Made by a program: the position numbers and the translations under genes | The notes under the pieces: model-generated | Told to the model about the DNA's origin: nothing | The model's database searches: none | Seen by the model: the letters and a program-made list of their open reading frames with translations, nothing else | Assembly (NCBI RefSeq): GCF_036365525.1 | Contig: NC_090397.1 | Span: forward strand, 16,319,657-16,383,656 | From: Heterodontus francisci | Taxonomy: Eukaryota | Reading direction: 5' to 3' | DNA: 64,000 nt | Shown: piece by piece, positions 1 through 12,023 of the stretch | How positions within the stretch are numbered: the first letter of the stretch is position 1 | Layout: each line of letters starts with the position of its first letter

Positions 1-135
1 ATGGATTTATGTTATCAAGGGTATCAAGAGTTTCGGATCAAAGGCAGCAAAATGGAGTTGAGGTGCAGATCAGCCATGATCCGACTGAATGACGGAGCAA
101 GGTCGAGGGGCTGAATGGCCTGCTCCTGTTCCTAT
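1..135 (+). mobile_element. CR1-type LINE 3' end fragment
   Basis: 3' UTR-like text 'gatcagccatgatc..gaatgacggagcaagg..gggctgaatggcctgctcctgttcctat' resembles the CR1 tails at about 17900-17970 and (reverse strand) about 14860-14940. Confidence 0.75.
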
Positions 136-225
136 CTTATTTAAGGCTGTTAGAAGTGAAGTTGTGCAGGTTCCCAGTGCTACATAGTCAAATTGAGAAG
201 TATTTTACTCCAGGTCAGCCTTGGT

Positions 226-989
226 GGGCTGAAATGTATTCTGGCGGCGGACATAAACAATGGCCGTCTGCACTCGCAGGCTGCGCGTCATGGAGCCATC
301 GCGATATTAAGTGCGGCGTCTCATTTACATAGCCGGGGTGGACTGCGGACACCGATGACCCCCACAATGGTGTCAGCCACGTTTGCGCAGGTGTGATGCC
401 ATTTTTAAAGGGCTACACGCCCTACATTTTAATTTAAATATTTAAAGCCAGATTGATACAAAAAATTAAATAAATTGATCTTGACCCTCTCCCACCCCTC
501 CAATAACCATGGAATTAATTCCTTGCCCTCTCGCACCCCCCCACAAAAAATACTTAACTTGTGCACCTGACCTTCCATCCCAAAGTTCATAAACAGTGCA
601 CTGTAACCCTTCCCCGACACCAATCAGATGAGTTTGACCCTGCTCCCCCACCTCTGAAAAATTTACCTGCTTCCCCCTCCCCACCAACATTTCACCTTGG
701 ATCCCCGGATGCCAGCCATTGGCACCAATATCGCTCTGGGACGGATGGCAGGAGCGCGACGGTAATTCATTCAGTTATTTAAATTAATTTACATATTTAA
801 ATTGGGCTCGCGTCACCAAGCTGTGGCGGGGGTGCAGTGGGGGCCGCCTGGAGGCCTCACCGCTGCCAGCAATATGGGGGCCAGGCATTCCCAACATCGA
901 AGTCCATGGTGGGCCTGTCCTGGAGGCATTTTCCAGCTCCCACACCCAGAATGACCCCCTAACGTCAGGGAGTCTGTAAAATTCAGCCC
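226..989. mobile_element. Non-autonomous TIR DNA transposon (MITE-like, possibly Harbinger-related)
   Basis: GC-rich block that starts GGGCTGAAAT (226) and ends AAATTCAGCCC (989), an imperfect terminal inverted repeat. No coding capacity and no clear TSD. Confidence 0.5.
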
Positions 990-1249
990 ATTATTGCTGG
1001 TCTGAGCGAATTGGGAAACATTCAAAAGCTCAGCACAGGCAGAACTCATTGGAGCTGATCACAGATTGAATGGTTAGATTTGAAATGAGCCTTGGTACTT
1101 AATGCACAGGAGAAACAGGAGAGGAAAATAAAGAATTAAACAGGTTAGTAAATTGATGGCCATTTGACTTAACTTTAAAGGCAAGAATACAGCAGTGAAC
1201 GATGTAAACATTTCTGCCCAGCCCTTGAGCATATTATCTAAGCCAACAT

Positions 1250-1565
1250 TCAGTGCTGCACCGTCAGAGGTGCAGTTGCTCACTGGACCTCGTTCCCCCT
1301 GTGGATGTAAAAGATCCCACGGCATTATTCAAAGAAGAGCAAGTGAGTTCTCCCCGGTGTCTGGGCAACTTTTGTTCCTCAACCAACATTCATTAAAAGC
1401 AGATTATGTGGTAATTATCTCATTGCGAATTCTAAATCCTTGCTGTGCAGAAATTGTCACCATTGCCTGTGACTACACCTTGGAAGTAATTAATTGACTG
1501 TGAAACATTTTGGAACATCCTGAGGTTGTGAAAGATGCTATATAAATGCAGTTTGTTTTCTTTTT
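1250..1565 (+). mobile_element. DeuSINE-like SINE (AmnSINE1/SacSINE1 type), partial
   Basis: 'gtggatgtaaaagatcccacggcattattcaaagaagagc..gttctccccggtgtc..ctcaaccaacat..aaagcagattat..tcctgaggttgtgaaagatgctatataaatgca' matches the Deu-domain SINE body and tail as I recall it. A reverse-strand homolog lies at 14165-14320 and 19979-20100. Confidence 0.7.
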
Positions 1566-2814
1566 TAATTGTTTCATGTTCCTCTGCTCCAGATATGCAC
1601 TGGAGCATTTATCGAATCTAATAACTGACCCTCTGTCGACAGTACGGAACATTTTCCTTCTGCATTGTGAAGTTATCATAATGTTTGAGCTTTCCCTTCT
1701 ACTCTCCTGAGTTTTTACCGACTCACTGTGGAATCTAAGGGCACTGAACTATGAAATAAAAATGGTGCTTCTTATCTTCCTAACCTGCTATTCTAACAGT
1801 TGCTGTTGATGTAACAAACTTAACTAGTACAGACTCACAGCATTGATTTATGTTATCAGTGTGAGTTGTGAAGTGACTACATAAAATGGGTATCTTATAA
1901 ATATCATACTCCAACCGTCTGCTGGCCATTTAAAGAGGCAAAGATCACTGCAGTGTGGAAGGCCCATTTCTAATTCCTGTGTTAAATCTGATTGAAATCC
2001 AACATGTCCTGGAATTCATGATATAATATTTGATTATAATTCTTTCAAATGTACACTAGAATAAAAGTTGGACACCTTCAGTAAGTTTGGATAAATATAT
2101 AAGTAATTTATAGAGTTACTAGCATTAAACTAAATTAAACTAAGCAACTTGGGGCATTTTACTTTGTTAAAAGCACTATATCAATGCAAGTTGTTGCTCT
2201 TAAATTGGGATTTGAATTTGCCAGTAGAGGATGTGTAAGTGAATTTGATTGCAAGGGCTTAAAGGAAATGTTGTTGAGAAAAGTATAACTTAATAGAATT
2301 TAATATGAGCGGCTAACGCAGGGCTGGGCGGGCAATGGGGAGAGGTGGGGGTGGAGGGGTAAATGGTGGGGAGAAATTGGACTCATGCCCAAAATGGATG
2401 ACAAGTTACTGATGTGATTGCTTCATGTGTTGGTCAGAAACGTGAAACAGGCAGCCTGATGCAGCTCGCCAATCAGGACCTGATGAAACTCAGCTGCTCC
2501 AGTGCTGAGCTGACCCACAGGCAGTCTGAGGGTGGGGGGAACACAGCAATGCAGAAGTGGGGGGTGAGCCTGGTGGGTGACAATGGACCAGTGGTATTTT
2601 CGTGGAACGCTAGCCCTGCTCCTCCTGACTCCGAAACAGAAATGCTTTGGAGATCATTTCTTCAACGGCTTCCAGTTGCCCCATCAGGAATCTTGAGACC
2701 TGGTATAACTGAGTAGATCCGGCACAGAACAAGCTCCCTCCATTTTGTACATGAAGTTTGCACCAGGGCCTTGCAGCTGGCATTAGGCACGTGCATGGAA
2801 TCCAAAGTCTGCTT

Positions 2815-3043
2815 CAAAGAACGAAGAACAATACAGCACAGGAACAGGCCATTCGGCCCTCCAAACCTGCGCCGATCTTGATGCCTGCCGAAACTAACAC
2901 CTTCTGCACTTCCGGGGCCCATATCCCTCTATTCCCTTCCTATTCATATATTTGTCAAGATGTCTCTTAAACGTCGCTATCGTATCTGCTTCCACCACCT
3001 CCCCTGGCAGCAAGTTCCAGGCACTCCCCACCCTCTGTGTAAA
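2815..3043 (-). mobile_element. CR1 LINE 3' fragment
   Basis: The minus frame encodes the ORF2 C-terminus 'FTQRVGSAWNLLPGEVVEADTIATFKRHLDKYMNRKGIEGYG', followed by a CR1 3' UTR and tail. Confidence 0.85.
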
Positions 3044-3564
3044 CCCTGGATACCTAAAAAGTGCCAGCGCACTTGCAGGGCAGATCAGGCACATAAATCA
3101 CCCGCCTCCAAAATTTTCAGGCCTAGTGACCATTTTACACCCAAGGAAACAAGAATGATAAGCTAAATTTCTCCCCCCACCAACTCACTGGAATTTGCTT
3201 TATTCTGATTCTAAGACTCAACTTTACATCCGTGTTGTATACACTACTGTTCCTGTGCATGGTGGGAATTCACTTCATGTCCCTCAGGTGGACACTGGAA
3301 TGAGTGAACCCACTATTCCGCAAGATTTGGTATTTTTTACGTGTCAAATGGCTGTCAAAACAGATTGAGCAAAGTAGCCACCAACTCATTCTGATCATCT
3401 TGGAGAGCTCAGCAGTTGTTTTCCAGCCTGACAGAGCTTGTATCGCTATATCGTGTCATAGACTGAAAAGCTAGAGTCAGTCCACGGGCAGCATTTATCG
3501 CAATACAGTCTGAGGGGAAAGAAGCAAGCAGGAAAAGCTAGAGAAACAGCTAAGAGACAGGAAT

Positions 3565-4040
3565 TTGCCCGTACAATAGTGTCTTTAATGTCATAAAATG
3601 TCCCAAGTTGCTTTACAAAGGTGAAAAATAATCAGAAACCAAGACATAGAAGAATTAAGAAAATTAAGAATTAAGAAAAAGCAAGATTGAAGAGGTTAGG
3701 CTTTAATGCGACATTTCGGAGGGGGGAACAATGGAATGCAATGTGAAAGGGGCTTAGGTAGAATGTTGCAGAGTGTGGGGGTGTAATGACTTCAGCCAGA
3801 AGTGTAGCAGAAAGAAGGAATGTGTAAAAGAAGCCAGGACTGGAAGAATGAAGGAATCTACAGGAATGTAGGGGTGAATGAGATTTCAAGGTGGGAGGGT
3901 GATGACCAAAGGGCGATCTATAAATGAGAGCAAAGTTTTTATGAGGACAAAGTTTTAAAATTGATGTATAGGCAGATAGGAAGCCAGTGAAGGTCTGTGA
4001 GTACAGGGGTAATAGAGAGCCAGGACTTGGTGTGGGTTAA
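3565..4040 (-). mobile_element. Old L2-like LINE 3' fragment
   Basis: Purine-rich + strand that begins with a reverse-complemented L2-type tail ('gtctttaatgtcataaaatgtcccaagttgctttaca'), similar to 23060-23450. Confidence 0.45.
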
Positions 4041-4342
4041 GCTGCATGGGACCAAACCTTTCAAAAGGGTACAGTACAGTTTGTAAAAAGTAGAACTTGG
4101 GATGCTGACAAGTAGACTGCTGAAATAATTAGTCTGAAAGTGATAACGGATAAACTTAAATGAATCAAAACATTACTAAAATAGCTTTTATATATATATA
4201 TAAATATATATATATCATTTACTTTCCCAAGATACCACTGCTCTTTCTTCTTGTTGATTTTGCCATGTCCACCCAATTTGGTTCAGAATATTTGAGCAGT
4301 TTATATCTTTCTGTGATTTTTGTAGGAAAACTGGGATCTCGG

Positions 4343-4848
4343 TGTAAACCGTGGCGCGGAGTCAACTCCCCTTGTCCCCTTTATTCCCTATACCCACTTA
4401 ATCCTGGCTGTCACGTGGGAATGAAGTCCTCTTAATTCAGGCTCAGGCTGGGTGTTTGGGATATCGGATTTCAAGAGAGCCACCCTCCAGCTTAATCCAC
4501 AGCTACAGTTAATGGCTTAGTACAAAGAGGAGGAACTCAGTCCTTTCTTTAACTATTACTTTACTTTATTCACGTTGTTGTACAATGTAAGAATAAGGCT
4601 TATACACTTAGTTAGACAAAAGCATACAACTCCCACTGAGTTATACAGTTAATAACAAAACTAGCTAGAATTCATAAGCACACCCACTAGGTTCCTCTGA
4701 CCTTTCCCTGACCTAGTCACAGAATACAAAGGATATTACCCGAAAAAGGGAGTTAACGCTGGCCAGGCGTTCCGTTCTCTCTCTCTCTTCTATGTCGTCG
4801 CCGCGTCGCTCACTCAGGGTCTTCCGCTTCCACGATTGTTGATCTCCG
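4343..4848 (-). repeat. 3' LTR, truncated (U3 portion and PPT deleted)
   Basis: Gapless match to 12050-12555 (offset 7707; about 12 mismatches in 506 bp by hand count). Starts TGTAA on +. Minus-strand AATAAA at 4565-4570. Confidence 0.93.
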
Positions 4849-4919
4849 TGTGCAATACTGTTACATATAAAAAGATACATTATAAAACTTAGTATATACA
4901 GTTTTCTTTCAGTTTTTGT

Positions 4920-6126
4920 TCATATTGATAACCGTTCCTTCTGTTTCATTATAGTCCCATCATCCAATCTTCGCAAAAGTTCATTTTTCCACCTTCTAAG
5001 CTGATATACATTGAATACAACAATTAATAGCGCACATAGAATCACTATGACAGCAATATGTGATACAATTCTGACCCATGGATGTATTTGGACATTAGAT
5101 CCCCAATTCCAAAACTTACTCCAAAACCCGGGTCACGCAACAGTTCATTTGCTTTGTCGGCATGAGTTCTAATTGTTTTAGTGTGTTTATTCCATTGATG
5201 AATTATCTCTTTTGCCTCTTCTGCTATTTGTGCCCAATCCGCTGTCAGGTGTGGGATGGGTGGTAATTCGGTGGCAATATATTCCCGTACCTCTTGATCT
5301 GTATCAGTACGCTGGACCGTGAAATTTTCCTTTATCACTATCCTCGTTATTGGCTTAGGCAGGACTTGTCCACCAACAACCAAGTCCGAGGTTACATTGT
5401 GAATGGCTACATTGTGTCCCTCCAGAGGGCACTGTTTCCATCCCTTGTTGTAATTCATAGCAGCCGTGGCTATGTAATACGTTTGCCCCACAAGGGCATA
5501 TTGTAAAAAGGTCTGGTTATTGACAGGCAAAATGGACAATGAACAATTTTCATAGATGCTGAGCCCGCAATTTGTACGTTTCTGTTTCGTTGTCTCTTCC
5601 GGACAGGCCCAGTGATTCCCCTCTTGATGACATTTTGACAAATCTACCCCTTTCTCAACACCATCCATTACAATGGCATGAGATGGTGGGTTATTTAAAG
5701 ATATCCAAATACCCTCCTGGTACTTGCCCACATTATGGACTCTCTTTAAAGGGTAGGTCAAATTACTCCAGTGTCGGGGAATATGAAACACTGCCCCAAC
5801 ATAATATCTTCCTCTATCCTCGTCACAGGTACCTAACACTCTGTTAGTTAAGGTCAAACTTCTGTTCCCTCTAGTATCCCCAATGTTTTTCCCGCGCACG
5901 CCAACTCATCCACTCCCGCATAATACAAATTTAAATCTTCTCGCTGTCCTTTGTTGGTTCGAACTATCTTGATCTGCCGAGCAAAGTTGTTTCTGGCCAC
6001 GGGATAATCTTCCCGTGTTGACATTGCTTCCGGCGCATTCATTTGTTGTGATAGCTTCGATGCGGATTCACCTATCGTCCCAAATATGGTCAATCCAATA
6101 GCAGTGCAATGTATCACCCTCTTCAT
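4920..6126 (-). pseudogene. env: env-like fusion glycoprotein, frameshifted and probably internally deleted
   Basis: Three pieces. (1) Signal-peptide-like start 'MKRVIHCTAIGLTIFGTIG' at 6126. (2) Cys-rich ectodomain 'VFHIP..YPLKRVHNVG..W..P..VDLSKCHQEGNHWACP..CGLSIYENCSL' followed by a heptad-like helix. (3) After a frameshift near 5125, Trp-rich 'FWSKFWNWG', TM segment 'IVSHIAVIVILCALLIVVFNVY' and a basic tail ending at TGA 4922-4920. Confidence 0.82.
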
Positions 6127-6137
6127 TGTGGGCTGGA

Positions 6138-6152
6138 CCTGTAATATACAAG
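6138..6152 (-). promoter_or_regulatory. Putative env splice acceptor
   Basis: Minus strand reads ttgtatattacAG|GTCCAGCCCACAATG, placing the acceptor 12 nt before the env ATG. Confidence 0.5.
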
Positions 6153-6371
6153 TGTAATTTCTGCTCTTATTTACAGTTTCTTTCTTATCCTATTTTAAGT
6201 TCAGTCTCTCCATACACTGAGCCAGACTGTCTATATCTTGTTCCCAATTTGTTACTGATTCTAACCGTCCATTTCTTCTAGCCCACTTACTTCCCCTGTT
6301 TTCTTTATTTTGCTTTCGTTTTTTTCCCTCAATTTTCCTCTGTATGTGGATGTACAACTTCAGGTTGTCTT

Positions 6372-7700
6372 TCAAACACTTCCGCTTGGATCTGCAGTTG
6401 ATCCTTGATCTCCCTGACCTTCGATTGGAACATCGGTAGCATCAAGCATCACATGCCAACTGTGATTATCTTGTTTTTCTCCTACTAACTTTAACTGATT
6501 AATGTGATACCAGCCACATTTATCTGGTGCCATCAATACTTTGTATACAGATGGACTAGCTTTATCGACAATCTCATAAGGACCGGTGAACTTTGGACTC
6601 AAAAATGAGATGGGCTGGTATATTCTGATCATTACCCTTTGTCCGGGGTCCAACTCTATCGGGCTGGCTTTCGCATCGAAATAAGCCTTACTTTGCTGTC
6701 TCTTCTTTCCCTGTTGGTAAGCTGCCACGTAATCTGCTTCCCTCACTGTTTCTACTAGTTGTTGTACCCATTTTTCTGATATGATACTGTCTACCTCGGG
6801 TTCGGACCAGTCCAAACCTACCAACCCCTCCATTCCTCTCATGTCCCTTCCCGTCATGAGTTTATAGGGAGTATAACCTGTTGATGAAGCTACGGTATTC
6901 CTGATTACCATCAACACATAGGGCAAAACAATCTGCCAGGTCGTCTTGTGCTGCCGTACCATTTTAGCTATCATGTTTTCCAATGTCCGATTCATCCTTT
7001 CCACAATTCCACTAGACTGTGGTCTATAGAGTATGTGGAATTTCTGTTTAACCCCAAAGAGGGTCATTACGTTTTGCATTACCTGGGCTGTAAAATGTGT
7101 TTCCTGATCTGATTCTATGCTTCGGGGTAAACCCCACCGAGTGAATACCCTTTCCAAAAGAATTTTTGCAGTGACTTTGGCTGTATTTGTTCTGGTTGGG
7201 AAAGCTTCCACCCATTTGGTAAATGTATCTACTATTACTAGAATGTATTTAAACCCTCCTGGAGTGGGGGGTAAGGGTCCTACATAGTCTATCTGTAAAT
7301 TAGTCCAAGGCCCTTCTACCGGTCTAGTATGTCGGACGGCCCCTTTCTTGACATTCCTATCGGGGTTGTGTTGTGCACAGATCAAACAATTCTTGACATA
7401 GTGTTCCACGTCACCTTTCATTCCAGGCCACCAGCACACCTCCTTTATCCTTTCCAGGGCACTCTCTGTCCCTTTATGTCCCCATAAGTCATGGTACCAG
7501 TGGATTATTTGGTTTCGTCCCCCCGCTGGCATTACGAATTTTCCTTCACATAAAACTACTCCGTCCTGAATATAGATCCCCTTGTACTCTTTGTATGTGT
7601 CTGACTCTACTCCTTCTATCAGTTTTTTCAATTCTCTATCTTTCTTCTGCTCCTCTGTTAAATCCATTACCTTAACCTGTTTTCCATTACTGTTCCCCAA
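6372..7700 (-). pseudogene. pol: pol: integrase domain (uninterrupted ORF segment)
   Basis: HHCC (H-DLWG-H ... C-LI-C), DDE core (QIDYVG, ESDQETHF, PQSSGIVERMN) and a GPY-type C-terminus (PKFTGPYEI). Confidence 0.95.
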
Positions 7701-7734
7701 TGTCCTCTATCGGTGGCTGCCATTCCTGCCCACT

Positions 7735-8175
7735 AACAGCACCTTGTTTGGCTAGCTCATCCGCTTTCCTGTTCCCTTCCGGAGTAAGTTTTGAATGAGC
7801 TTTTACCTTCGTGATCCCATATCCTTTCCCCTGTGCTCCTACAAAGATATATCTTAATCATGGAGCCGATGGAAGGGCTTCCCATCCGCTGAGATAAAAC
7901 CTCTCGCCTCCCATAAGGGCAAATGTTCCGTGAGGCTATTACAGACATACATGCTATCAGAATATATAACTGATCCACGCGGGAAGTATTCTGGGTGGCC
8001 AACCACATATGCGACGGCTGCTAATTCTGCTGCCTGCGCGCTCATTGTTTTAGGCAATTTTAAGGCTGCGCTAAACTTTTCCTGACCATGTTCGTCTTCT
8101 ACATATATTCCGCACCCAGTCCTCCTCTCGCCATCCTGTACTGATGAGGAACCATCCACAAAAATTTTTAAGTGG
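7735..8175 (-). pseudogene. pol: pol: second, retroviral-type RNase H (frameshifted)
   Basis: IFVDGSS...SAQAAELAAV...IYSDSMYV...WEARGFISADGKP, then in another frame KVKAHS...GNRKADELAKQGA. Confidence 0.9.
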
Positions 8176-10143
8176 GGTTCCCTTTGCATCTTTACTTTCT
8201 GTCTCCATTACTTTCTCCAATCCACTCCTACCCCCTCCTTTTTGTTTTGATACAAATGGTCCCTTGGGATCATTTGCTATCATGACTTGACACTCCTGTT
8301 TCTCTCCTTTATACACTAGGTTGTCTGCCAACATAGTGGTAGTTTCTACTCCTTTCACGCTTATGTTTCTTCCCTGCAACAATAGTGTCCACCTAGCAAT
8401 TCGGTTCTGACTTACTGACCCGTCTTTGATCCTACCGTCTAATAGTAACTGTACAGGGGTATGTTCTGTCAGTATTGTAAGTGGATTCAGTCCCACTATG
8501 TAAGTAAAATACTGTACTGCCCAAAAAACTGCTAACAAATGTTTCTCGCACGTCGTATACCCCTGCTCTACCGGTGAAAGCATACGCGAGACATATGCTA
8601 TTGGTCTCAATTTCCCGTGTGTCTCCTGTAACAGAACTGCCGAGAGGGTGGTGTCTGTGGTAACTACCTCCAATGAAAACGGCTCAGTTGGATTTGGGGT
8701 TTTCAGAGCAGACGCAGCAGCTAGTGCCTGCTTTAAATCTGAAATGGCCTGTGTGTGTTCAGTTTTCCACTCCCACGCCACATTCTTTTTCAATATTCCA
8801 TTAATGGAGCTGCTTTTGTAGCGAATGTGGTTCCTGCAATATCCCACCAAACCCAGGAAAGATCTCAACCCTTTTACATCCCTCGGGACAACTGCTACTA
8901 CCCTCCGTTGGTCAATTTCTCTCTTTCCCGATGTCAAGATCATTCCCAAGTAAGTAACCTTCTGTTTCATAACCTGCGCTTTTTTAGGGTTTACTTTTAG
9001 TCCCAATTCGCGTAACAATTGTAATAATTCACTTAGTAACTGATAATGTTCCTGTTCTGTTTCAGTTTGTAGTAATAAATCATCTACATACTGCACCAGA
9101 CATTCAGGCTTTGAGAACCTTTTTAAGCCTTCCCTTAAACGTTGGTGAAATATAGACAGGGAATTATGAAATCCCTGTGGCAGGGCGGTCCATGTATATT
9201 GTTGTCCTTGAAAGGTAAACGCAAATTTATATTGGCATTCTGTCTCCAATGGAATAGACCAAAAACCGTTACTTATGTCTAAAACAGTGAACCACTGTGC
9301 GTCCTCATTTTGTTTAACTACCGTCTCTGGGCTAGTTGCTACGGTAGGGGCCGTTAACGGGGTTATCTTATTTAATTCTCGATAGTCTATCGTTAGTCGC
9401 CAGCTACCGTCCAGTTTCCTCACCGGCCAAATAGGTGAGTTGTTAGTGGAGGCTACCGGTCTTAGTATCCCTTGTAGCAACAAACTCTGTATCACCTTTC
9501 CCACCTCCTCTTCTGCCTGTTTCGGAAAACCATACTGCTTCTGTGGTTTGGGGTCTGGGCCCTGTATACACACACTCCCGGTCATTTTCCCACAATCATG
9601 TTTATGTCGAGCAAATACTACTTAATTCCGTGTGATAATTTGTTGTACTTCACTATCGCTACTCATTTCTTCTGGTCTTGTCCACAGTTCCCCAAACGTG
9701 CATATCCTATCCTGGTATTCCTCCACCGGGACGGATGTGTGATCTATACTACCCATGCCCAAGGGCATTTGCCAAATCGCGCAATTAACAGAGTCAAAAC
9801 AGAGTCCCGCTTTAGCCATGTAATCACACCCGAATATATGTTCTTGTTCTCTGGGTAACTCAATGAGAACCACTGAGTGCTCTATTGCTACGTCCCCCAC
9901 ACTGACTTCCAACGGTACGCTCACATATCCCACTTGTGAATGTCCTGTGAATCCACGTAAAACAAGTTTACTTTGAATTTTCCAATTTACTAGACTAACA
10001 TTGGTGGTGTTTATGGTGGTTCGGGATCCTCCAGTGTCCCAAAGGAACGTGACAGGGCAGCCTCCAACCCTACCATTCACTAGGGGTCTCCCTGTGTTAC
10101 CCCACCGCGTGTCATACACCCATAACGGAGAGGCCTGCGACCA
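8176..10143 (-). pseudogene. pol: pro-pol: aspartic protease, reverse transcriptase and degenerate RNase H (tether)
   Basis: Protease LWDTGGSRT. One in-frame TAA at 9624-9622. RT motifs NSPIWPVRK, WRLTIDYRELN, LDISNGFW, LPQGFHNS, YVDDLL. Gypsy-like RH fold 'RPIAYVSRMLS..Y..CEKHLLAV..TEH' with altered catalytic residues. Confidence 0.95.
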
Positions 10144-11918
10144 TCATTGTAGTTCAGGGTACAACCCCGAAGACGGTGCTATCTCTAATATATCACATTG
10201 AGGATTTGACCTATTCGGTCCTTCCACAAGTGGGCTCTGGAGTTTGTTCTGGCCTCCTCCCCGACCTACATTTTCTCGTCTCAGGTTTGGGCATTCTCTT
10301 TTGAAATGTCCCTCCTGTCCACAATTATAGCAGTGGGTCGGCCTGCCCTGAGTTCTCCCTGTTCCTGGGATGGATCCTCTCCCAATGCCTCTACCCCTTC
10401 CTCCTGTCTGAAAGGCTGGGTGGGGTGCCCCCTGTGCAGTTCCCCTCCCTTCATTTCTCCAGGTTATTGTCTGATCTTTTACAGGCATTGCCTTTCCCCC
10501 AGGGGCCTTGGAAAATTTTGTTGTTTCCTTCTCCCATGCCCTAACCATCCTCCTGAGTACCCAAGCCTCTGTGTGCGTGTCATCAGAGGGATCAAATCGA
10601 TCTAGTACCCTTCTTGACTCCTCAGTGCCATGCGACACCAGCGTTCTCAGCCATCAATTTCTAATCTCTGGCGTTGGATTTGCTCTATCTCGGCTCGCGC
10701 CATATACCCCTTGAAACACCGCCCAGATGCGAGCTGCAAACACGACAGGGTGTTCACCTTTTCTTTGATAGCATTTCGTTAGCACCTCCACTGGGTCCCC
10801 TCTGTTAGCACCCATGACATTTAATACTTGTTCTTTTAAATCCTCATTTGTGCCTCTACCGAGTTTTTGCTCCTCCGGTAGGGTGGAGTGTATGTGTGGG
10901 TGTAGGCACATTATAATTAATTTTCTTTCTTCAGCATCATCTAAGCCGTGTATTCCTCTCTGTTGACTGACCGCTTGGAACAGCTCCCTAGGATCATCTC
11001 CGGGTGCGCACGTCCCAATATCTTTCGCAATATCCCTCAATTGCTGTACCCCCATTGGAGTGGAATATGTCATACGCGGGCCAGCTGCCATCTGACCATC
11101 TGCCCCTATCGCTGCCCTAGTGGTCACAAGGGGGGCCATGGGGACCGATGACTCCTTTGGCTCTGGTTCATATGCTGGCGGAGGATCCTCGAGTAGAGGG
11201 TCTCCGTCATCATGGCTGTGTCTAGCCGCTTCGTCTGCTAACTCATTCCAATCTATGCCCCCTTCACCATTCTCCTCACTTCCTTCGGGTGCAAAAGCAC
11301 AGATTATACCTCTCTGCGTGGCTAGCTGCTCTTGCAGTCTCGCTATGTATTTTTGACACTTTGTGTGATCACCTGAATTACTTCTCTTTTCCTGAGCTGC
11401 TCTCTGAATCACATTCATGGCAGTTTTTAAATCACTGCATTGCTGTTTTCATCCTTCCACCTCAGCTTTAGCTGCTTGGGCTTCTCTCTCTCGCCTACTT
11501 TTTTCCGTAACTAGTTTTTCACACTGTAACTGATATTGGTTCATATGCATCAAATTCTCACTTCTCTGTCCCTGCAAATTAGTTACTTTTTCACTATGGC
11601 GGGCTGCCTCCTCACGGAGTTTTTTATTTTCTTCCTCTAGTCTTTTCTGCTCAGTTTTAGCCTGCTGTTGGCATTCTATCCATTCCTCAAGTAAGCAGCC
11701 GACTGCTACTGACTTCTGTAGCTTTTTAAATTTCCTAGCTGACATCTTTGCTTGTGCAGTCTTCCAAAGGGCTTCCCCTACGGGTTTTCCATTATCACTA
11801 TTGTGACCAGTATATTCTCCGTATTGTGGCCACTTCGCTATTACGTATTTTTGGGGAATCCTTTCCAATCAAAACAATCCGAGTCTGCAAGGTTTGGAGA
11901 TTCCCTTTGTTTCGTCAT
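10144..11918 (-). pseudogene. gag: gag (one early frameshift, two premature in-frame TGA stops)
   Basis: ORFs 11449-11868, 10654-11418 and 10144-10638 share one frame. Likely ATG at 11918 with a frameshift near 11855. Contains a long coiled coil, a PPPAY motif, a capsid-like region, RG-rich boxes and the zinc knuckle CYNCGQEGHFKREC. Confidence 0.88.
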
Positions 11919-12023
11919 CTTATGTTAGTAGCTACAAATTAACCCCTAAGTTCCTGTTCTCTCTGTACTTTGCCAATTCGGTTCGGCTCGAGTCTCCCGC
12001 TGATTCAATGGAGAGATTTATCC

